DNA of 17,152 nt from positions 8,378,641-8,395,792 of the forward strand of contig JANKJI020000002.1 in NCBI GenBank assembly GCA_024626585.2, written 5' to 3'. This document shows, one piece after another, positions 8,852 to 17,152 of the stretch (positions are counted from its first letter, which is position 1; each line of letters starts with the position of its first letter). A program made the position numbers and the translations under genes. This stretch comes from Ginkgo biloba (Eukaryota > Plantae > Ginkgophyta). A model generated the notes under the pieces. That model was not told where the DNA came from. It made no database searches and saw only the letters and a list, made by a program, of their open reading frames with translations.

Positions 8852-11169
8852 AAATTGTATGGTTGAAGTATTCTGTAAGGTTGTAGTTATGGAATTTTGT
8901 GTTTGTGTTGAACAATTTATTTGAAGTAGTTTTCTATATGAGAAGTTGTGTTGCAGTGTTTTTATGAAGTTGAACATTTCCAATATGAGGATATAATTTT
9001 GTGAAGTTATTTTTTGAAAACTGAGCCGAGAATTATTTTTTCAAATTGCATGAGGCAATGGTTAGAAATCCAATTGTTTATTAAAACTGTGAAGAGTTAA
9101 GGACTGCATGCAAAGCTCTGTTATTGAGTTGTTGAAGAGCCAAAGCATAGTCTTGTGTTTTTGGTGTTGTGTTGTGTTTTCAGTTCATTTTTNNNNNNNN
9201 NNNNNNNNNNNNNNNNNNNNNNNNNNNNNNNNNNNNNNNNNNNNNNNNNNNNNNNNNNNNNNNNNNNNNNNNNNNNNNNNNNNNNNNNNNNNGTAAGAAC
9301 GGTGCTAGAAATTTTTTATTGAGAGAAAGTGTCACTGCATGCAACTATTAATTTTTACATGCAAGTTTTATGAGCATAAATAAGTTAAAAAAATGATATT
9401 GCAGAAAAGAAGTAAATGTGGATGTGTTACAAAACAGATGTATTTTATTATGTTGCATGCAAGAACTAAATTGTCATTGTAAAAAAAAAATAATAATAAA
9501 ATGAACAATCACGAGGTTATTATTTGTATGTGACCTTCCTCTTCATTGTGGGAGGAATGCATGTTTTATATCTAAAAAAAATTTGATGAACATTATAAAA
9601 ATTAAAAAAAAGATGGAAAAAAAAATAGTGAAATTCTTTCCAAGTTGAAGAAGTGGAGACAATTGAAAAAACCCTAGCTATTATTATGAAGGATGAACAA
9701 GCTTGTTAGAGATAAGGAAATTGTTGAAGAATAGTCATCGAGTTAGAGATATAGCCATAAAACCCTATCCATAGTTAAGAGTTGAAGAAACCTCGATAAA
9801 GGGAAAATGATGACTTAGAGNNNNNNNNNNNNNNNNNGACTTAGAGAATGGATGGCCATTCAAGAAGGAAATCGTATAGAGGAAGTTATGAAGAAGAGAC
9901 TACCAATGCTATGAAGAAACCTAAGAAATTGGGATATGCTATTGCAAACAAAGAGAAGGAATCCAATATATTTTCTATTAGCAACTTTGTATGAGTCCAC
10001 TCAAATTTTACTTGTAGGATCTTTACTTCAACGATGTTTTATTTAAAAGAAAAATTCAAAGAATATCTATGATTTTAATCTGTTCTTAAACCCCTTCTCT
10101 CTCCCTTTTTAAAGAAGCATTCCATTGTCATTTTTGTTATGTTTGCAAGAGTCTGAGACCAGATTTATTTTTTAATGCCATGAAAAATAATTTTGCTAAT
10201 TATGCATGATTGAATGGGAATGCACTTAAATTAGGCAAGCCCCTCGTATAATCAATATTTGGTTTTTGGTCTTATGATTTTTTTGTATATGGTTCTTATT
10301 GGAAGGACTACTTTATAATTGGAATTCACTTGGTAGTAGACAAGCTAAGTCTATGAACATTATCAACAAATTCATAGTACTCATGTGGATCCCTCTTCTA
10401 AGATATCTTCTCCAATGTACTCATACTCTTATAGCCAAAGGAAGATGAAAAGTCTCATTGCTTCTAGTGATGTAATTCCTAGGATTCTAGATTTACACCC
10501 TATGCAGTAGGGTGCTTTTGGTCAAAGAGTCGTTTTGCATGGTTTATAGTTGATTTTGGATTTGCATGGACATTACGTTTTAGAGTATTTATTGTTTTCC
10601 CTAATTTTTAGGTCCTAAACACTAGTGCCTAGTCCTAGGGGTGGCTTGTCCTAGTAAGGAATCCACTAAGGAGAATATTTGGCATTCCTTTGCATTTGAT
10701 GCATTATGTCCAAGCCATAGCCTTTTTGCTAGCATTTATGACTTTTATTTATGGGCTACTGATAGTGAGGATAGGGAATAACACCCTAAGAACCTTCAGA
10801 GGTGTTTTCGTGTTGTGGGCTATGCTAGCACTCATAGTGGACCATACATTTGAACTATCTTGCATTTGTATATGTTTTGTGCAAATTGTTCTAGCTCACA
10901 CTTATTTTGTAGTCAATTATACTCACATGCATGATACTATCAATAGGTTGGACATCTCTTTAGGGAGATAGTTCTAGTGCCAAAGAGAGGTTGAAAATAG
11001 ACCTACACTTGGAGCTCTCATCCGGTTATAAGGGGTGGAATCAAGTAGGGTGCCTTTAGCTACTTAGTGCTAATGATAATTATTTATACGCAAAAGGTTT
11101 GGTTGTCAACCAAGTAGGCCCTTTTAGGTGGTCCCTAATGGCCAATAATGGATGCTAGCTTAAGTTGCT

Positions 11170-11450
11170 TGTAACAACCCGCTTCCCTAGAAACAACAAT
11201 AATAATAAAAAGAGCAAAAACAACTACCACTTTAATNNNNNNNNNNNNNNNNNNNNNNNNNNNNNNNNNNNNNNNNNNNNNNNNNNNNNNNNNNNNNNNN
11301 NNNNNNNNNNNNNNNNNNNNNNNNNNNNNNNNNNNNTGAATGCATTAAAATAATAAAACAACCCTTAAATCTAATCTATAAATGTGTCATAATTAATACA
11401 AATGTGACACTTATTACATTATATTTCCTAATTACTATAATTTCCTAACA
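11170..11450. mobile_element. LTR termini either side of gap 11237-11336 (TGTAACAACCC at 11170; TGTTAGGAA on the minus strand from 11450)
   Basis: TGTAACAACCC resembles Tekay/Del LTR ends. The 11450 terminus falls exactly where importin homology stops. No matching TSD (TTGCT vs CTTTG). Confidence 0.45.
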
Positions 11451-12303
11451 CTTTGGGAAGATACCAACTTTAATCATATCCTAGATCTTGTTATTAAGGC
11501 CATGAGATAGGTATGAGAGTTACTATCATACATTTATTAGTATATCATCATCGCCCATATGAATGAGCATATGTAAGGTAGGAAGGAAAACCTTTACCTT
11601 ATCAAAGTAAGGTTAGGATTGTAACCATAAAAGTTTGGTAATATCCATGCAAAATTTCTTATCATAGATAGTCTTGTAGTATCTATTAATTGAGAAAGTA
11701 GATACATCAGTGCTCCATGATAAATCACAAGGTCTCTACACTAGGGATATTCTCCAAAAATATATCCTAAACCCATGATAGATTTCTCTCGAATATCATC
11801 ATTAAAAGAAGTTAGAAGGTACATAAAGATGGGAACTCCCCCATAGTCAATCATAATTTTGTGTGATTTGAAGTTCCAAAGGATATATTCTTCAGAGTAC
11901 AATCTACTTCAAATTGAAGCTTAGGATGATCCATCTTCTTAAGGGTATCAATTAGTATAGGTACCATACCTTCCTCTATGATTTAATCAATTGGGGGATT
12001 ACATTCAATAAATAATATTTTTTATAGTTTTACATTGGCATCATTTTGCACCTTAGTGTCTTTAGATATAAGTTCATTAATGAGGCCTACTAAATTATCC
12101 ATCTCTAAATCCATAATATTGATAATATCCTCAGGATTGGAAGAAAAATAAATGGAGTTCTTATTATTCATATTTTCCTCCATTTTGTTCTTCTAAATTT
12201 TAATCAAGATCACCTCTCACTTATGGTGAGATTCCTCTGTATCAATGACCACCTTATATTGATTATTCTAAATCTCTTCCCTTATATGTAGATTGAGAGG
12301 CAT
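11451..12303 (-). pseudogene. IMPA: Processed (intronless) importin-alpha pseudogene: IBB domain plus roughly ARM1-4 into ARM5, 3'-truncated
   Basis: Manual translation gives MPLNLHIREEI*NNQYKVVIDTEESHHK*EVILIKI*KNKMEE...CNPPID*IIEEGMVP...HPKLQFEVDCTLKNISFGTSNHTK/MIDYGGVPIFMYLLTSFNDDIREK...CRDLVIYHGALMYLLSQL...LSMIRNFAWILPNF.../FDKVKVFLPTLHMLIHMGDDDILINV***LSYLSHGLNNKI*DMIKVGIFPK. This is colinear with plant importin-alpha (YKVAVDAEE, SPPIEEVI, QLQFEAAW, GAVPIF, CRDLVL, LSMLRNATW, LSYLSDGTNDKI). About 10 stops and two 1-nt deletions (~11856, ~11608). Confidence 0.93.
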
Positions 12304-12711
12304 TTTGTCCCATAATGCTAAAAATGAACTTAGGTATATCAAGGATATGTTAGTATTTTAAGATGCAATAATCTCCAAATTATTAAATGATTTCAAACAT
12401 ATGGAATCCTTTCATACCCTTTCACTTCACTTGACCTACCTTTTCTATATTTACATTTTCCAAATGTTGGATTTTCTAAAGATGAATAAACTCTCCTCTT
12501 CCAATCTAAATGTAGGTATTATCCTCTCCAAATTTGGCATTCTAGTTAATGCATGAGAACCTTAAGAAAATAAATAGTGGATGCACAAAATATTGACAAG
12601 TGGTGTCAACANNNNNNNNNNNNNNNNNNNNNNNNNNNNNNNNNNNNNNNNNNNNNNNNNNNNNNNNNNNNNNNNNNNNNNNNNNNNNNNNNNNNNNNNN
12701 NNNNNNNNNNN

Positions 12712-14945
12712 GGTTGATGAATCATTTGATGATTCAAACTCTAATTGAAGGTGGAGAGAGTGAGAGGTGAATTCATAGATCGTTGAGGAGGAGAGTGAGT
12801 TACAAAGCAAGGAAGGATCGTCAAGTGTACATAAGATCATATGTGATTGGTTTGCTTTTGGAATTTGAGTAAAGATATAGGGATTGATGAGTGGGAGTTA
12901 AAGGAAGATGAACTATAAGGGAAAGATGCAGGATTAAGTAGATCACTGAGAGAGGAAACCTAGGAGTGGCATTGAGGATGTTGTTAGTGGTAATAAGTGG
13001 AGTTTGAAAGATCAAGTAGAATTATCGATAGAGGTAACTCATGGAGTAACTAAAGAGCTTATAGAATGCTAAGTAGAGGTAGTAAATAGTAGCATTGAGG
13101 ATTATACTAGGAGAAAATAGATCGAGAGTGAATACCGAACAAATACATTGATTGAGGTAGCTCAAGAAACTATGTTATGGATATAATTTATGGAAGAGTC
13201 ATAAAATATTATAATGTCCCTATAATAGTGAGGAAGATCCTATCTTTGAGTCTATTGTAATGAATTAAAATTGGTGATTAATATACCCAAAGTTCTATTC
13301 TCTAATTAAAAACATCTTCATGTTATCTTGTATGCATTAGATTAATGTTCTCCCTATTGTATTTATGTGTTGAAATTGGGTAACTAGTTTTCATTTTATT
13401 TTAAGGATCTTTGTTCTTGTGTCGATGGTGATCACCGATACAATAAACCTTAATAGACCCCCTTTAGGGTTTATCGGCATCATTGGTGTGTCTATCATTG
13501 AGATCCTATAGATAGGATTCATCAGTGTAAGTGGAACATTCACCGATAAAGGTATTATTAAGTGCCATAGATTGACATCCAATAAGAGGATCCAAATACC
13601 ATCTGGCATTAGAGCATAGTTTCTCATTGAGAAAGAATTAGATAACGTTAGTTGGTAGTAAGAACTTTGTATGGAACCTATAATGGAAAAAACTCTTATG
13701 AAGGTAGTTGAGACATTAGTGAAGACAGTCAAGGACTTGGAGAATGAATTAAGAAGGTGAAGACTAGTAGAGGATAATGCTAAATCTAAACTTGAATGCA
13801 AGGAGCCAGAAGAGACTAGACAAAATGCAAAAGATATATTAGCCAAATTGTTGAATAATAATCGTGGTGAAGAAAAAGTGAAAGTTCCAAGCTTCTATGG
13901 AAGTTTTAAACTATAATATCTAATGGATTGGGTCAATGAAATAGAGAAGAATTTTAATTGGGAGGAGATAGAAGACCCTAAGAAAGTGAAATTTTCTTGC
14001 ACTAGACTAAAGGGACACATAACCATATGGTAGAAACACTTACAGAAAGAAAGAGTCCATAAGGGTAAGGAGAAGATCCAAACATGGAAAAAGATAGTTG
14101 AGAAAATTAAAGGCAAATTCCTACCCACAGATTATGGCTAGAGACTATTTAGGAAATTTTAGAATTTGAGGTAAAAAGAGAAGAGTGTACCTAAGTATAC
14201 CGATGATTTATTTAGATTGTCAATCTAGAGCAATCATGAAGAGAATGAATAGATACTAGTGGAAAGATATGTAAATAGTCTAAATTACATCATTCAGGAT
14301 GAAATCATGATGCATCATTTAAAGATTATCAATGAAGCATATTAGCTAGCACTGAAGGATGAGGAGAATTTTTCTAGGAACTCCAAGAAGAGGCCATTCA
14401 TCGGAGGCACAATGGTATCATATCAGTGATAGAAGAGAAGTATCAAACAATGGAAGGGTGATGGTAGTTTGAGATTTGAGAATAATTAGAGGTTTGATTA
14501 TGATGCAACCTTAAAACCAAGAGAGGAGTTCAATGCTTATCGTGCATAAGGCAAGGGTAAATTTTCTGATACCAAGGAAATAGGAATTGAAATATCACCT
14601 TATGGACCTAGAAGGATTATAATATGTTATAGATGTGGAGAAGAAGGTAGAAAAGCATTTGAATTCCCTATGAGGAATGATGACAGATCATAACCAAGGG
14701 AGCTTAGTGCGAATTTGGTCTAATAAGAGATAAGACCTGGACATGTAGTGGAAGACAAGTTGAAGGTGATATAGACATAGAGAATTTTGTTATCATTGGA
14801 CAAGAAATCAATAGTCAACGAGAGGCAAGAGAAGTATTAGCAAATAATAGGGAAGGAGAAGTTAACTAACAAAGAAGATTGTCAACCATCCAGTAGTGGA
14901 AGGGATGACATTGACAGCCAGGATATGATAATTGACATAGATTAG
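12712..14945 (+). mobile_element. gag: Decayed Ty3/gypsy (CRM-like) element: probable LTR part, PBS, and gag with zinc knuckle
   Basis: PBS TGGCATTAGAGC at 13604-13615 (10/12 match to TGGTATCAGAGC). The frame from ATG 13671 reads KVKVPSFYGS..LMDWVNEIEKNF..KKVKFSCTRLKGHITIW*..RVHKGKEKIQTWKKIVEKIKGKFLPTDY (retrotransposon gag). CYRCGEEGRKAFEF at 14625-14666 is a decayed CX2CX4HX4C in the same frame. Many stops. Confidence 0.9.
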
Positions 14946-16034
14946 NNNNNNNNNNNNNNNNNNNNNNNNNNNNNNNNNNNNNNNNNNNNNNNNNNNNNNN
15001 NNNNNNNNNNNNNNNNNNNNNNNNNNNNNNNNNNNNNNNNNNNNNAGAATACCATTTTCCATAAATTTGGATCTTGTCTTAGACATAAACTTTCCAAGAA
15101 ATACTTATGGATTGAAAAATTTAATTCTTACTTGTTGCAATCTTAGAAACGTGGTTGTGATATCAAATTGATATAAATTTATGCAATATAGATGGCTTTT
15201 TTAAAAATATAGATCTTGGAAAATAAGTATATGGTTAGAATTATATTGTTTTACACANNNNNNNNNNNNNNNNNNNNNNNNNNNNNNNNNNNNNNNNNNN
15301 NNNNNNNNNNNNNTGTACATGAGATATGGATAATTTTATTATGTACAAAATTGGTATTACATAGAGAAATATAGAGTCCTATCATCTAGGATATTTTGGT
15401 TCTACTATAAAACCCTTAATGGGCTTTGGTTTTACTATGTAGGTTGGGACATTATGCTTTTATTTATTACCTACTTTTATATATACAAATGCACTAATTA
15501 TATTTATCTTTATATTTATATTTACAATATAATAGGAGAAATGAATTATTCGATTTCTTAGTTGAAATTATTTGTAATTTTGCCAAAAATGATGCTCGTA
15601 AGCATAAGGATATCTTGTGGTAAAACAACCATGAATTTTAAATGATAACTCAATTTAGGGTAATCATTAGTGCATTTTGAATCTAATAGATAGCTATACA
15701 ACTTATCTTGTGAATGTAAAATTGAATTCTTTATAGTTAATTTTATGTGTAAAGTAGATGAATTTACTACTACATTTTTTATTTAATGAACAAATGACAA
15801 CATTTCATTTTTTGTTTTTAAATAAAATTTTCATTACCACAAGAACATAGGATTCCTAGTTTCATGTTTTTTATTTCTCTTAGAATCCATGAAGACCTAC
15901 NNNNNNNNNNGAGAATAAAATTTATTTATTAATGTGTTTAGAGGCCCACTCTGAATTGGATCCTTAGAATTAATAATACCCTAGGATTATATTTGGGCTT
16001 CTATTATTTCGGTGGATGAATCTTTCTTGGAATT

Positions 16035-16397
16035 TAATCTAGGAGAAATAATGGCCATCTTATACTTAGTTGATCAAGTTATTAATGCATGATAATGGAT
16101 ATCTACTTTTATAATAATTAATTTAACGCATAAAAATTAATGCACAACTACCAAGTCCTATCCTTCTTAGGAATAATAAAAACAAGGAGCCACATGGATA
16201 AGAATTGAGTTAAATCTATCCCTTTGATATGAAATCCTCTATATTTCTCTTGGGATAAAATAAATCTATAAATGAGGTCTTATATATTAGATTATTATGT
16301 GCATTATCATTTAGAATAATGTAAATTCTATATGCTATGCTCATTTTACATCTATAATGGGAGCCTCTTAAGCTATAAAAAAATATCTGAATACTTT
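16035..16397 (-). mobile_element. pol: Decayed Ty3/gypsy reverse-transcriptase N-terminal fragment
   Basis: With frameshifts it reads KYSDIF..LP...EHSI...IEDFISKG*I*LNSYPCGS..IIPKKDRTW*LCINFYALN...RYPLSCINNLIN*V*DGHYFS. This matches the consensus [48 protein letters not shown].YFS. Confidence 0.85.
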
Positions 16398-16629
16398 AAT
16401 ATCAACTATGACATATCCTCCAGTGTGTCTTTTACACTCATGACCTATATGTTGGATAAATAATCCACTTCCCAAATTTAAGGCCTAGAAAATAATATCG
16501 TGAAGTGGCTTGATCTAGTAGTAAGATTTCTAGATTCTTTAGTTATTACCAAGTTAATGTTTATTACAAGAGAAGGTAGTTATATGTTTTACATGTATCC
16601 TTTTTGAAGACCCTCTATAACTCTATTAT

Positions 16630-17152
16630 AATATTTTGAAAATATTCCCTTAGGATCATATTTTCTAGTGCCAACCTCTTCAAATTTGTACTCTTAGACT
16701 TCCTTAGCATGACTTTTAGCCAGACTAATATTTGTAACTATGAAATCCCCAATTTTCATAGGAAATGAGTGGAAGGAAAATTTATTCCATCTTTAGGAGA
16801 CCTTGCTATGGATTTCCACTATTTTCCAACATATCTCACACACTATTATACGATCATTAATACACCTTGGCAAATGATGAGGAGCACCATCGAAGCCATA
16901 AAGTATGACATAATAATATGTCTTCTCAAAATACCAATCACTGGTACCCATTAAATCCTCCTTTTGATGGTAATAAATTATGGTAAGTTCCATACCATGT
17001 AATAGGACATAAAATTGAGACATACATTTTTGATTAATCATACTATAATAGGGATTGTACTTATCCGTCCACACCTTAGGATGCCAAAATTGCACTGGTA
17101 ATCCTTTTTCCTCCTTATTTATGCGATTGTATGGAAATCCTAAAAATACTCT
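16630..17152 (-). mobile_element. Decayed accessory (non gag-pol) ORF, probably retrotransposon-borne
   Basis: The frame continues through stops: LPVQFWHPKVW...DWYFEKTYYYVILYGFDGAPHHLPRCINDRIIVCEICWK...*..FPMKIGDF...*EYKF...RKYDPKGIF. The composition is protein-like; I recall a similar motif string from gymnosperm TE-associated hypothetical proteins (unverified). Confidence 0.45.

Larger units (their letters stand above)
638..15910. other. Assembly gaps: 638-656, 2961-3060, 5226-5325, 6553-6652, 8055-8154, 9193-9292, 9821-9837, 11237-11336, 12612-12711, 14946-15045, 15258-15313, 15901-15910
   Basis: N runs. Eight are exactly 100 N (unknown-size placeholders), so distances across them are unreliable. 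Confidence 0.99.

Noticed and set aside
9812-9846. GACTTAGAG direct repeat flanking a short gap, resembling a TSD
   Set aside because: Most likely an unmerged contig overlap.
11170-11450. A single solo LTR spanning the gap
   Set aside because: The flanks show no target-site duplication, and the two termini look like different families.
13391-14128. Minus-strand ORFs of 151 and 77 aa
   Set aside because: They are antisense to the decayed gag and its leader and contain no motifs.
2867-15086. Many ORFs containing X runs
   Set aside because: They are artefacts of reading through N gaps.

Overview
Eukaryotic, AT-rich plant genomic DNA from a fragmented scaffold with 12 N-gaps. The dense, heavily C->T-decayed LTR relics suggest a large seed-plant genome, possibly a gymnosperm (inference). 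One host gene is present on the minus strand: a spliced PERK-family receptor-like kinase with exons 4506-4368, 4261-4106, 4002-3442, 3322-3252 and 3152-3073; its remaining 3' exons are not visible. It has no proline-rich ectodomain, and its second exon was created by a ~250-bp tandem duplication spanning an intron. Upstream and co-oriented is the 3' end and LTR of a chromovirus-type Ty3/gypsy element, whose U3 carries an exact 25-bp array and a cluster of DRE/CRT (ACCGAC) cores. The ORF track misses an intronless, decayed importin-alpha retrocopy at 12303-11451 (IBB plus ARM repeats, ~10 stops, 2 frameshifts), cut off by an LTR terminus. The rest is nested retroelement debris: copia LTR/PBS/gag, CRM-like gag with a zinc knuckle, gypsy RT, and an accessory ORF.
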